Sequence record: PX667085.1
Length of the DNA: 64,000 nt
Source of the DNA: a phage
Reading direction: 5' to 3' (one strand)
The number at the start of each line of letters is the position of its first letter. Position 1 is the first letter of the stretch. The notes below the pieces were generated by a model. That model did no database searches. It was not told where the DNA came from and saw only the letters and a list, made by a program, of their open reading frames with translations. This document shows positions 36,305 to 46,129 of the stretch, piece after piece. The translations under genes were made by a program, and so were the position numbers.

Positions 36305-38329
36305 TTATCGTGTTACAACAACCATGTCCACGATATTACCCACACCAGGATACGTTAATTGCAAAATTGTTACTGCGTTAGCAGTAGTTGCTATTTCTGT
36401 ATCATTCAGTGCTCCATAAGACGCATCTAGTGTAACCGTGTGTCCCGTTGTATCTTGAATCAAATAAATCATTGCTGAAAATGCTTTAGGTTTTGTAGAT
36501 CCAGTGACACCAGGCCATGCTCCAACTGTCAGAGCGTCAGTTACTGTAACAACATACATATTGGAAGTTCCAGAAGGAGTCCAAGATGCTCCAGAGTTGG
36601 CAGTAGTTGTTTCAAGTTCCATGAAACCTGCTGTAACTTTAGTTGGTGTTATAGCTTCTGTAGGATCTGATCCTGATATTTCGATCCAGTTCCCATCAGA
36701 ACGACCATACGTCAAGCCGTCTTGAGGTGCTTCTGGTATACTAGGAAGAGTTCCTATAAGTGTCCACGTAGAAGAATCTGTTTTCTTGAACACTGCTCCA
36801 GTGGTAGTATTGAAGGCGTAATCATTGATAACACCATCTCCTGCGACTGGATTAGTTGTTGCTACAAACCACTGTGCGCCGTCCTTACCGTTGGTCCCAT
36901 CTGTACCGTTGGTTCCGTTTGTTCCAGGATCACCCTTATCTCCTTTATCCCCTTTTTCACCTTTGTCGCCTTTAATACTTCCCATGTCAACAAAAGATGC
37001 GGAATTGGTGTCTTGATCGTAGGTATAGATATAAAGATTACTAGTATCTTCAGTTAAGTAGGCATCACCATAGTTATTATAAACAGGGAGAGCTTCACTG
37101 TTCGGAACATGACCTTTAGCTGTAATTGATGTTCCTCCAAGACTGCCAACATTCATCCATTCTGTAGCATCTTGAACCCAAACATACAAATCATTATTAA
37201 TTTTATATGCATCACCTACTTCTCCAGTAGGAGGAAGTTCAGCTTCACTGTTCAGAACCCCGATAATCTCTAAGCCTGATCCTGTTGCACCCACTGGTCC
37301 TTGTGGACCTAGTTCACCTTGTGGACCTCGCTCTCCTTGATCACCCTTGTCTCCTTTTGGACCTTTAAGTGAGGCAATAAAATCTACTTCTGTCCCTTCA
37401 TTACCAGCATCCAGCCAACTTTGATATGCAGATTTCCCTTCATCTCCATCTGTTCCATCAAGACCGTCTTTACCTGCCTCACCTTGTGGACCTTGAGGAC
37501 CAACAATATTACCCATGTTGACCCAAGCTGTCCCATTAGAGACATAAAGATTACCATTGATAGAATAAGCTTGGCTTACGTTTTCAGAGTTAGGTTGTGG
37601 TAAGTTACTTGTAGAAGGTAAATCCCCACGATAATCAAAACCGTTGGCGTTAACACCAGGTGCTCCCTGTGGCCCTGTAGGACCAACATCACCTTTATCA
37701 CCTTTTATAGAGGTAAGAAAGTCATAAACAGATCCTGTATTACCATCTGCCAACCATACCTCATAAGCTGATTTCCCTTCTGGTCCAAGAGAAGAAATAA
37801 GTTTCCAAACAGAACCATCCCAAGCATAGATTACATCGCCTACGATATAACCGTCCCCTGCAACGTTACCTGTAGATGGTAGCTCACTAGTGCTTGCTAA
37901 TGATCCTTTAATATTAAGTTGAGCACCAGTATCTCCTTTCAAAGAAGCAAGCCATTGTGCTTCTGTTCCAACAAAACCATTATCAAGTGCGATCTGATAA
38001 GCTGATTTACCAGCTTCAGGTATTGTTTCCGACAGATCATCGATCTGTTGCTGCACTGCCGTAAACTTGGCATTGATAATTGCTATATCATCAGCGGTCC
38101 CAACATTTTGCCATGCAAGGGAAGAAATACCACCTGTGGTGGCTGGTGTAGAGTTTGCTGGAACTACTTTAGGAAAAGTTCCTTTCCATTGGTAATAATT
38201 CCCTTCTGCTGCTAACAGCAAAACTTCACGGGAATTACGTAATGTAAAACCTGCCTCAAAACTGCGACGTTTTCGATAAGTAGCTTCTACCAGATCGGCT
38301 ATCGCACTATTAGGTCTTGTTAAATTCAT
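36305..38329 (-). CDS. tail fibre protein with collagen-like Gly-X-Y repeats
   Basis: GPQGPQGEAGKDGLDG, GDKGEKGDKGDKGDPG and three repeats of a GKSAYQ/E...SLKG module. Confidence 0.65.
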   Translation of the reverse strand: MNLTRPNSAIADLVEATYRKRRSFEAGFTLRNSREVLLLAAEGNYYQWKGTFPKVVPANSTPATTGGISSLAWQNVGTADDIAIINAKFTAVQQQIDDLSETIPEAGKSAYQIALDNGFVGTEAQWLASLKGDTGAQLNIKGSLASTSELPSTGNVAGDGYIVGDVIYAWDGSVWKLISSLGPEGKSAYEVWLADGNTGSVYDFLTSIKGDKGDVGPTGPQGAPGVNANGFDYRGDLPSTSNLPQPNSENVSQAYSINGNLYVSNGTAWVNMGNIVGPQGPQGEAGKDGLDGTDGDEGKSAYQSWLDAGNEGTEVDFIASLKGPKGDKGDQGERGPQGELGPQGPVGATGSGLEIIGVLNSEAELPPTGEVGDAYKINNDLYVWVQDATEWMNVGSLGGTSITAKGHVPNSEALPVYNNYGDAYLTEDTSNLYIYTYDQDTNSASFVDMGSIKGDKGEKGDKGDKGDPGTNGTNGTDGTNGKDGAQWFVATTNPVAGDGVINDYAFNTTTGAVFKKTDSSTWTLIGTLPSIPEAPQDGLTYGRSDGNWIEISGSDPTEAITPTKVTAGFMELETTTANSGASWTPSGTSNMYVVTVTDALTVGAWPGVTGSTKPKAFSAMIYLIQDTTGHTVTLDASYGALNDTEIATTANAVTILQLTYPGVGNIVDMVVVTR

Positions 38330-38351
38330 TTATCTCTCCTATCATTAGACC

Positions 38352-38385
38352 ATTCTATTGGAAGAAGAGGGGGAATCCCCCCTCT
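38352..38385 (-). terminator. GC-rich hairpin, putative terminator (minus strand)
   Basis: 8 bp agaggggg/cccccTCT stem between fibre genes. Confidence 0.45.
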
Positions 38386-38391
38386 ATTCCA

Positions 38392-41300
38392 TTAGGTTGT
38401 TGGCACATCTACTACTGGCGTTGGGCGAATAACCGCAGTATTACCTACAGAAACATTACTGGAATCATTAGGTATGGTTTTAATTCTAACTCCAGCACTT
38501 GTAGGCGTTACAATTGGATCTGCAATGTCTATTTTAACTGGGTTAGTCCACGTATCATTATCTTGATAAGGTGCACGAGTAATAACTGTGTCCAAATCTG
38601 CTCCACCTACGCCAGCACCAGGAATACGGATACGTGTCCCTGCTGACAGAGGGTAATGATACAACCAAGAAGCATTTGTTGCTGTCCCGTTAGGAGTCAA
38701 GTTCTGTGTCAGGAAGGTATCTCCTGCCTGTGTAGCTCGAATACCGAAAGCTGGGATATCTGGAATATATGCCCCACTTGTTGTTACAAGGAAGAACGTA
38801 TTATCCGCCTTGACTATCATATCACCTTTGTCAAACTCTTTCCCTGTTGGGAAATGCATTCCATCAATGTTTCGACTAGGATTAGGCTCTAAGTAATAAA
38901 CTTTGCCCGTTGTCCCTACAATAGCTCCAATACCACCTGCGATATTGGTATACATATTAGCTTCAACATTACAGTTGACACGATGAATATCCGAGTAACG
39001 GCAACGGCTCCACTGTGGACGACCAGTAACCATCGTCTTGCCATCTGGGTAACAGTTTACGTTAACCATTTCAAGAACAGATTTTTCTCTACGGAAGAAT
39101 CCATCATAAAATGTCCCTGGACCAGATTCAGGTTGACCAACACAATCGAAGATATTACAGGTGATGTTAGACATTGAAAGCCAAGAAGCTATACCGAACA
39201 ACTGCAATGCAGCGCAACGAATATTTTCAAAGCTAACTCTGTTTTCATAACCTGGCCCAGCGGAAACTCCCGCAAAAACACGCCCAGTTTTGGTGTGAAT
39301 GTTACGAACAGAATAGTTAAAACATGGATTTGAAGGTCTGCCCTGTGCCGGAACTACCGGATTACCCTCTTCGTCCAGAACTGCGTTAGTTCCCCACTCC
39401 AAATAAATCATACGGATATTACTTGCAAGTGTGCTACCGTCTGTTTTAGGCTCTCCATAAACACCGTCAATCGTAAAATCTTTACTTCCGTACATTACAA
39501 CTGCGCCAGTTGCCAAACCTGTCCCAACAGATACAGTCTGATCTGGATCGCCATGAATGTTTTCGATAGAGATATTACGACCAACTTCTACGTGGACAAT
39601 CTGACGACAACGTTTTGCAAAAACGTTACGAATTGTAATATTCTTGCAATATTGATCATCAGGGATTCCGTAACCATATGGTCCTTTACCAGCTACACCG
39701 ATACCGATACCCCAGTTGGACAGAGGAATAGGAGCGTTAGTCCCATCGATATTAGACAGGTAAATATTCTCAATCACACAACCATCGTCATAATGTTTAT
39801 TGATGACGTTCAGTTCTATTGCATCACCTTGCATGTCCATGAAGGTAAGGTTACGGAAGACACCACGTGTTACTGGTTCCCCTGTTCCTTGTTGAAGGAT
39901 GCCATACAACCCGTTTTTAAAAGTACAGTTATCAATTTCAAAAGTACCTGATATTGGGTTGCCTTGGAATACCAAGCTACCAACTTGACCTGCGCGAGGA
40001 GCACCGTCCCACAAACAATCGAACATGCGCACAGCACCACCCCAATACATAACACGAGAGTTACGGAAAGTTGTGCCTTCTACTGTAGCATTTTGCACAC
40101 GATAGTCGCGTTGACCACGGAACACACCCCCACGCAAAGTGATACCTTGAATATCAAAAGAGCTTGTCGTGAAAGTCATATCGCAACCGTAAGCATCGAG
40201 AATCTTGCTTTTCGAAGATTTTGCTGCTAACAGTGCCGCTTGGAAAGCTGCTTCTGGTGTGGTATAGGTAGTTGTATTGTTAGCAAATTCGGACAAGTAG
40301 ACAACATCGAATAAATCGTTGTATGTTCCACCACGAGGGGTTAACAGTCCTTCTGTATTAGTCAGAACCCATGCATTTGGACCTAATCCTCCGCTCGTCT
40401 CCAAGGTATCGGAAGCCAAAATACTTTTTGGTAAACTTCCAGCCCAACGATAACGACCAGCGCCACGTCCAATCGTCTGATTTTTAGCTGTCAGAGTTAC
40501 ATTATTACCAAAGCTTGTAGGCAAATGAACAAACTGTCCACGCTCAACAGCCAGTGCAGAAAGGTCTACAGATCCTCCAGAATAAGTCATTACTCCAGAA
40601 ACAGACAAGGATGTTAAAGTGCCTGTAATGTTAGGAGGTAATGTGTAGGAAGACTGCGCTACCGGATCATACAGAGCTTTAATCCCTGTTAACGATTGAC
40701 CTGCTGTTGCGTAAGCCACCTCATCATCTAACAAACCATACTTACGAGCAATAGTTTGCAGAGGGACTTTATCCATGCTTTCTGTTAGTTCTTCCGTTTT
40801 TGTTTCTAAACTAACAAGACGGTTCTCTAGATTAGGATCTGTATCTGCTGAAGCTACGATTTTGCCAATATAAGCAAAAAGTTTGTTTGGCAGTCCTGTT
40901 GCAGGATCGTGTCCCAAAGGTTCAGATAAGATGATCTTACTATCTTCTATACGGAAAGCTTCCCCCAGAACCTGAATAACACCATTGATCGTAACAATAG
41001 CACTATCAAAGATGTAAGGAGGACTAATTACTGTTTCATAACCAGTTGCACCAGAATATACCCAAGGGGTGACTTCTGTTGCCAATTGTTCTGTCTTCAG
41101 TCCCCACAATACCCAGTTGTTATCTCCTACTGGAGTCCCTTGCATAGGGATTGGGTTAACCAATGTAGCGTTAGGGGCATAGTAATAACCGCTCAATACT
41201 CCATTCTGGAAATAACGAAGTTGGTTAAAAACTGTTTCGTTTGTGCCTTGCGCCCAATCCAATGGGCTTTTAAAGAAAAAGTTGTCAACAAGGGCTTTTC

Positions 41301-41445
41301 TCAGGGTTGGTATCAACCCTGATTCTGTTTCAATACTCTCTGTAGCACTTCCATTAATAACATCATGGAGTTGGTTAGATGAGAAAATAACCAGGTCTAC
41401 GCCCTGTTCGAGAGACGTTGCTGGATATGTTGGGAATGTTGCCAT
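38392..41445 (-). CDS. large tail spike/fibre protein (1017 aa), beta-helix depolymerase-like
   Basis: Recurrent N-I/V-x-I/V-x-N turns (NIYLSNIDG, NITIRNV, ISIENIHG) typical of right-handed beta-helices. Confidence 0.5.
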   Translation of the reverse strand: MATFPTYPATSLEQGVDLVIFSSNQLHDVINGSATESIETESGLIPTLRKALVDNFFFKSPLDWAQGTNETVFNQLRYFQNGVLSGYYYAPNATLVNPIPMQGTPVGDNNWVLWGLKTEQLATEVTPWVYSGATGYETVISPPYIFDSAIVTINGVIQVLGEAFRIEDSKIILSEPLGHDPATGLPNKLFAYIGKIVASADTDPNLENRLVSLETKTEELTESMDKVPLQTIARKYGLLDDEVAYATAGQSLTGIKALYDPVAQSSYTLPPNITGTLTSLSVSGVMTYSGGSVDLSALAVERGQFVHLPTSFGNNVTLTAKNQTIGRGAGRYRWAGSLPKSILASDTLETSGGLGPNAWVLTNTEGLLTPRGGTYNDLFDVVYLSEFANNTTTYTTPEAAFQAALLAAKSSKSKILDAYGCDMTFTTSSFDIQGITLRGGVFRGQRDYRVQNATVEGTTFRNSRVMYWGGAVRMFDCLWDGAPRAGQVGSLVFQGNPISGTFEIDNCTFKNGLYGILQQGTGEPVTRGVFRNLTFMDMQGDAIELNVINKHYDDGCVIENIYLSNIDGTNAPIPLSNWGIGIGVAGKGPYGYGIPDDQYCKNITIRNVFAKRCRQIVHVEVGRNISIENIHGDPDQTVSVGTGLATGAVVMYGSKDFTIDGVYGEPKTDGSTLASNIRMIYLEWGTNAVLDEEGNPVVPAQGRPSNPCFNYSVRNIHTKTGRVFAGVSAGPGYENRVSFENIRCAALQLFGIASWLSMSNITCNIFDCVGQPESGPGTFYDGFFRREKSVLEMVNVNCYPDGKTMVTGRPQWSRCRYSDIHRVNCNVEANMYTNIAGGIGAIVGTTGKVYYLEPNPSRNIDGMHFPTGKEFDKGDMIVKADNTFFLVTTSGAYIPDIPAFGIRATQAGDTFLTQNLTPNGTATNASWLYHYPLSAGTRIRIPGAGVGGADLDTVITRAPYQDNDTWTNPVKIDIADPIVTPTSAGVRIKTIPNDSSNVSVGNTAVIRPTPVVDVPTT

Positions 41446-41448
41446 TAA

Positions 41449-41784
41449 TTACCCCTTATTCTGTGTACGTTTAACTATGTCATCTAGCATCATTTGGATA
41501 GTCGCATTCTTGAGGTCCATAATCTTTTCAATTTTTTGCTCAAGGGTGTTATTATTTGCCATTAATGTAGAGTTAATTTGATTTAGCATCTGGGTAAGTT
41601 CGGCTTTAGTTGCATAAGTTGATTCAACAAAGACCAACTTCTTCTCTAGCTCTCGACTTTTCTCCTCCATTTCCTCAAGATCAGAGCCGAATTTATCCAT
41701 TTTTTGTTTGAAAAAGAACCAGATGACTCCGATTAAAGGGATTATTGCATCCTTTGCAAGTCCCCATGCTTCTTGAAATTCCAT
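41449..41784 (-). CDS. small membrane-anchored coiled-coil protein (111 aa)
   Basis: One N-terminal hydrophobic helix, then charged helical region. Confidence 0.4.
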   Translation of the reverse strand: MEFQEAWGLAKDAIIPLIGVIWFFFKQKMDKFGSDLEEMEEKSRELEKKLVFVESTYATKAELTQMLNQINSTLMANNNTLEQKIEKIMDLKNATIQMMLDDIVKRTQNKG

Positions 41785-41793
41785 AGTGATCCC

Positions 41794-42339
41794 TTATTCT
41801 GTCGGTAATGTAGGCCAATCTATAGCGTAAGGATAGTCTTTTTGAAGCGGAACACGATTTAGTTTAACTACATAAACTTGAAGATTTTTAAGATAAGCTA
41901 ATTCGTCTTCAGTAGCCATTTCTAAATCTTTAGCATACTGTAAAGGTGTTATAAGTGCTACCGCTGTTTCTTGTAAAGAGCGAATTTTTGCACTAGCTTG
42001 TGTCATCAACTCTTCACGGGAATACTCTTTATCCTTAAGAGTTAAGGTTTCTAAATCCAGAACCTTGTTCCTAATATCCTCAAAAGTATCTATATTAAAG
42101 TCTACTTGTGCTATAGAAAGATCTTCAGGGCAAAGTAGTGTAGGATCAGTATTCCAAAACACAATACGATTTTGATCATCAAAAACGACTTTCATTTTAT
42201 CGTTATTGAATTCTGTGCTACGTAAATCATACCAATCGTAACCTTGATCGCAACGAAGAAAAAGAATGTTCTCTGCTTCTACCAATTCTTTTAGTTCAGG
42301 GTCTTCAGGAATATATTTTTTAAAGTTTGTAAATATCAT
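41794..42339 (-). CDS. tail fibre assembly chaperone (Tfa-like)
   Basis: C-terminal LNRVPLQKDYPYAIDWPTLP resembles the Tfa signature; follows a fibre gene. Confidence 0.6.
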   Translation of the reverse strand: MIFTNFKKYIPEDPELKELVEAENILFLRCDQGYDWYDLRSTEFNNDKMKVVFDDQNRIVFWNTDPTLLCPEDLSIAQVDFNIDTFEDIRNKVLDLETLTLKDKEYSREELMTQASAKIRSLQETAVALITPLQYAKDLEMATEDELAYLKNLQVYVVKLNRVPLQKDYPYAIDWPTLPTE

Positions 42340-43401
42340 TTAGCCTCCAATATCGTACCAGTTTCCGTTAACGTTGCGCTGGAGGCGTTTGAAGTAAACC
42401 CCACCGATGTTATCCGCAGAGCTACGTCCTGTTTCCTGTACGATAATACCAGAAAGAACATAACCAGAAGAACAGATATAAGTCCAAGAAACCTCGTTCC
42501 CTGGTGGATAATACACACCTTGGCTAGTATAACGAATATCTCTTACAAAGGTTCCGTTAGCATAATTGTAGTTATTTGTAATCTGACTTTGATGATTACT
42601 TTCTACATTGTTTATACGGGAAGAAAGGTTGCTGTTAACATTATTCAAGTTATTTTGAACAGTGTTAATATTCGTCTGCAATGTGTTCTGAAGGGAAGTC
42701 AAACGAGAGTTCAGATAATCTAAACGAACTAAAGCATTTCCGTTAGAAGTATCTTGTCCACTGTTTGATCTTGGATTATCTATTAGAACATAACCTGCAT
42801 CATATAAACGAACACCTGCCGATACACTACCTGTGCTAGGATTTCTACGATAAATATAAAGCTGACCTCCGCTTTGATACTCGGCAGAAATCTCACCATT
42901 TGTTTGTCCTGCAAAGTTTTTGAAGAACAGTGTTGCAGGATCTGTTGTGGAAGTACCGTTAACATAAACATCGCCACCATAAATAGCACCACCCGCATCA
43001 CGTTTTACCAGCACGTTTGGTGTTACTGTTGAACTAGTGGCATCTGTAATGTTTGCCGACAAGTGATTATGACTGTTATCTTGAACCTGGATAGATAAAG
43101 TAACTTCTTTGTTACCGTTCCAAGTGGCCTCACCAGTAGCATCACCTGCCATTGTAATCTTAGTTCCCACTAAAGGCAAGTAGGTATTAGGTAAAGTTGG
43201 AAGAAAATCATCCACCAAATAGCGAATCCATAAACCGATATTATTAAGAATCCAGTTCATTTCTTCGCAAGTCATGATTTGACCATAATCCATACCAACT
43301 GTGCGGATGGTTTCTTTAGGTCTAATTTTGTTTGTGTTTAAAGTTCCTGGGAGCGTTACAGTTTGTGTAGCCCAGTCAGGATAATATATTGGCTTCGCCA
43401 T
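42340..43401 (-). CDS. tail fibre protein (353 aa)
   Basis: Position between gpI-like and Tfa-like genes (P2-like J-I-H-G order); Asn/Ser/Thr-rich. Confidence 0.55.
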   Translation of the reverse strand: MAKPIYYPDWATQTVTLPGTLNTNKIRPKETIRTVGMDYGQIMTCEEMNWILNNIGLWIRYLVDDFLPTLPNTYLPLVGTKITMAGDATGEATWNGNKEVTLSIQVQDNSHNHLSANITDATSSTVTPNVLVKRDAGGAIYGGDVYVNGTSTTDPATLFFKNFAGQTNGEISAEYQSGGQLYIYRRNPSTGSVSAGVRLYDAGYVLIDNPRSNSGQDTSNGNALVRLDYLNSRLTSLQNTLQTNINTVQNNLNNVNSNLSSRINNVESNHQSQITNNYNYANGTFVRDIRYTSQGVYYPPGNEVSWTYICSSGYVLSGIIVQETGRSSADNIGGVYFKRLQRNVNGNWYDIGG

Positions 43402-43410
43402 TTAAACTCC

Positions 43411-44040
43411 TTAATCTATTTGCTTGAGAAGCGTACACATGCGTCCTGTTTCATCCCCAGTAGATTCCATGTACAGGGAACCTAAACCACCAATACCATG
43501 AGGCGGTTTGGTAGCATAATAAGAACTAAAACCAAAAGCTGATCCTGCTTTTGCTCCAAGACGGTAGCTACTAATAATAGGGAAAACACTTAGCAACTGC
43601 TCTAAAGCTTGATCAGATTGAAGACACAGGTTGTAGAAAAACACATCAAAGGTTTTATTCAAACCTACGTAAGTATTAAGCGTTTCACGCTCTGTTCCTG
43701 TGAAACGGGCGAAGATATCAATTATGTCGCCACGAGTCCCCGATGAGGCTACGCGGTAAGCCCTGATTTTTAATATTGTTCTATACTCTTCATCATCAGA
43801 GCCATTACGTTCGATCCCCATTTCTTCCCCTAGAATATCTAGGTATTTGCCTGTGGCTGTAGAGATCAAGCGGTGTTTAGCAAGATAGATCATTGCCTGA
43901 TCTATCTTTTGCTTTTCACTGGATACGATGTAGAGGAGCTTGACAATGTTAGGAGAAGATTTAAAATCTTCAATCAGAAGGTTTTTAACATCTTCATTGA
44001 TACTGGCCCAAGTTGTTACATGGTCAACACTCACTGCCAT
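43411..44040 (-). CDS. baseplate protein (P2 gpI-like position)
   Basis: Immediately downstream of baseplate J-like gene; identified by position. Confidence 0.4.
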   Translation of the reverse strand: MAVSVDHVTTWASINEDVKNLLIEDFKSSPNIVKLLYIVSSEKQKIDQAMIYLAKHRLISTATGKYLDILGEEMGIERNGSDDEEYRTILKIRAYRVASSGTRGDIIDIFARFTGTERETLNTYVGLNKTFDVFFYNLCLQSDQALEQLLSVFPIISSYRLGAKAGSAFGFSSYYATKPPHGIGGLGSLYMESTGDETGRMCTLLKQID

Positions 44041-44042
44041 TT

Positions 44043-45530
44043 TTACACTCCATACTCGTAAGAAATGTTATCAAGGTCAAAAGAAGGGACAACATTATAA
44101 GCAGGAACTATATTATTCTCTGTATATTTACTGTCATCCTCAGTATTAAGTTTAACATAAACACGAAGAGAAGTCAAGCGTCCAAAAGCAAGTGCTGCAT
44201 AAATAACACCTTTGATTTGATCGTTCGTTACTGAAGAACCTAACTCAAAGTAAGCTTGCAGGTTTTGCAAAGCTTCTACGATGTTTTGTTTTTCTGTTCC
44301 ACTTAAAGTTGTTCCGTTGACAGTTTGATAAACAAGTTTTACGGAATACATAGCAGAAGCACCAGGAGAGAAGCGAATAATTTCTTGTCCTCCATCTTCT
44401 GTTGTAACTGTTATGTTAGTTGTTCCGTGTGTCAAAGTGTTGATTGGTTTGGTTTTATAGATAACATTTGCAATTTCTTCTGCACTGCCACCATAAACTA
44501 TAGTCTGGAAAGTCATAGCTGGAGCATGTTCTTGATCGTGTAATGTGGGGTTATCGTAGATTTTCACTTTGGTAACACCATCTGTAAGCAGCAGTGCTTT
44601 CACAATAGCTGCTCGTGTCCCCGCATTAGCTTCATCCACATTATCATTGAAACGAGAGCGGAATTCTGCATCTGTCTCAACATCTCGACCAGGAGAAAAC
44701 GAATAGAAGTTACCACTATCAAGATAACCTGTAAAGGTAGAAGATATCCCTGTAATAGACTCCACACCCACCGGATTGTATCCTTTCTCTGCTGCAACTA
44801 CCGGAATTTCACTCCATTTGGTTCCAACTGGAACACTAGCATAAAATTTGATAGGAGTTACTAGTCCCACTGGAGTATCGCTGGTTAAAGAAGTAAAACC
44901 AATTGACAAGTTACCAGAATCAGAAAATACAAGACTACGATCAGCTTCTGTTAAATTCGCCTTGATAAAAGTTTCAAGATCGGTTATAAATGTAGAAGAA
45001 CCAGGTGCAAGTGTTTTACTGTTTAGTCCTCCATCCACCGCACTTTGTGCATAAAAAGTAATATTTGGAACACCTGTAGCAGTTGCATTAGCACGGGAGA
45101 TTTGATAAGCTGCAATCTTAGCATTCAACATAGTTGGTGTGCTAACATAGTAGTTCATATCACTATCAGAGTTGAAATAAATATCTGTGCCTAGCTCATA
45201 AGTCCAAGCTGCTTTGTTATTACTCTTAACATATGCATAACCTGTACTTGCTGCTGCACCTGCTCGATAGAAACCGCGTTTAGAAAAGATTTCATCAAGA
45301 TAAATACCTTCTGCACCATCCAGTGTTTGAGTATTATAAACACCTTGCATACCTTCCCACAATGTGTAATCTGTGTATGCAATTATTCTAAACAGTTGTC
45401 CGATCACAGTATCTTCCGAAGTGGCTGCATCTGCACCAAATGTGTTTTTTACTGCTGTCATGTAGTTGTTTAAAACATCGTCAAAAGTCGGGATTACAAA
45501 TCCCGCATCTGTCAAACCATATTCGTCCAT
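44043..45530 (-). CDS. baseplate J-like protein
   Basis: N-terminus MDEYGLTDAGFVIPTFDDVL...IGQL resembles the baseplate J family N-terminus (from memory). Confidence 0.6.
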   Translation of the reverse strand: MDEYGLTDAGFVIPTFDDVLNNYMTAVKNTFGADAATSEDTVIGQLFRIIAYTDYTLWEGMQGVYNTQTLDGAEGIYLDEIFSKRGFYRAGAAASTGYAYVKSNNKAAWTYELGTDIYFNSDSDMNYYVSTPTMLNAKIAAYQISRANATATGVPNITFYAQSAVDGGLNSKTLAPGSSTFITDLETFIKANLTEADRSLVFSDSGNLSIGFTSLTSDTPVGLVTPIKFYASVPVGTKWSEIPVVAAEKGYNPVGVESITGISSTFTGYLDSGNFYSFSPGRDVETDAEFRSRFNDNVDEANAGTRAAIVKALLLTDGVTKVKIYDNPTLHDQEHAPAMTFQTIVYGGSAEEIANVIYKTKPINTLTHGTTNITVTTEDGGQEIIRFSPGASAMYSVKLVYQTVNGTTLSGTEKQNIVEALQNLQAYFELGSSVTNDQIKGVIYAALAFGRLTSLRVYVKLNTEDDSKYTENNIVPAYNVVPSFDLDNISYEYGV

Positions 45531-45793
45531 TAGTCATCCTCTTTGGTAGATTGTGATCTGCCCCAACGTAAATCAATAAGATTTTTCATGAGGCGAGAAG
45601 GGGTTATCATGAAAACAAAAGCCCAACCCATCCATTCAGGAATTTCTTTTTCTATTCCTAAAAAGATAAACATGCCTGTCATAACCGACATGCCTACAGC
45701 GTTCCAGACTTTCGTAGAGCTTACCCCGTTGCCGGGGTAAGTGCAGAACATTCCACGAATAAATTTTTTAAAACCGTTTTTCTCTTTAGCCAT
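45530..45793 (-). CDS. small membrane protein (87 aa)
   Basis: Two hydrophobic segments; AGAGG ribosome binding site. Confidence 0.4.
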   Translation of the reverse strand: MAKEKNGFKKFIRGMFCTYPGNGVSSTKVWNAVGMSVMTGMFIFLGIEKEIPEWMGWAFVFMITPSRLMKNLIDLRWGRSQSTKEDD

Positions 45794-45810
45794 GAGTACC
45801 TCTAAGTGAG

Positions 45811-45842
45811 ATATAAAGATTGAAATACCGCCTAAGCGGTAT
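45811..45842 (-). terminator. hairpin, putative terminator (minus strand)
   Basis: ataccgc/gcggtat stem inside a 336 bp non-coding gap. Confidence 0.45.
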
Positions 45843-46129
45843 TATTTACTTTCTAGGGTTGCAAGCCTTTCTTCAAGAGCTTTTAACTTTTTACGTTGAT
45901 AAGCCATCTCAATAAAAAACATTTGGTCAGCGCGGATACCCCATCGCGATCCTGCTGGAGTTATTTCGATAGTTTCTACAACATCTTCTACGATTGTTAC
46001 TGGATTACCTTACAACCTTCCCCTTCATCAAATAAAGGGATTTCTTTTTGTCCCGTAACAACACTATCGTACATAACAGGGTATTCATCATAACACAGAA
46101 AAGCATACTTACAATCTTAGTTATTTTAT

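Noticed and set aside
36800-37500. Periodic nucleotide repeats that could be mistaken for a CRISPR or tandem-repeat array
   Set aside because: The periodicity is the Gly-X-Y coding repeat of the collagen-like tail fibre, within one continuous ORF.
45896-46093. Plus-strand 65 aa ORF in the 336 bp gap
   Set aside because: Opposite in orientation to the surrounding operon, no ribosome binding site, and overlaps the terminator hairpin.
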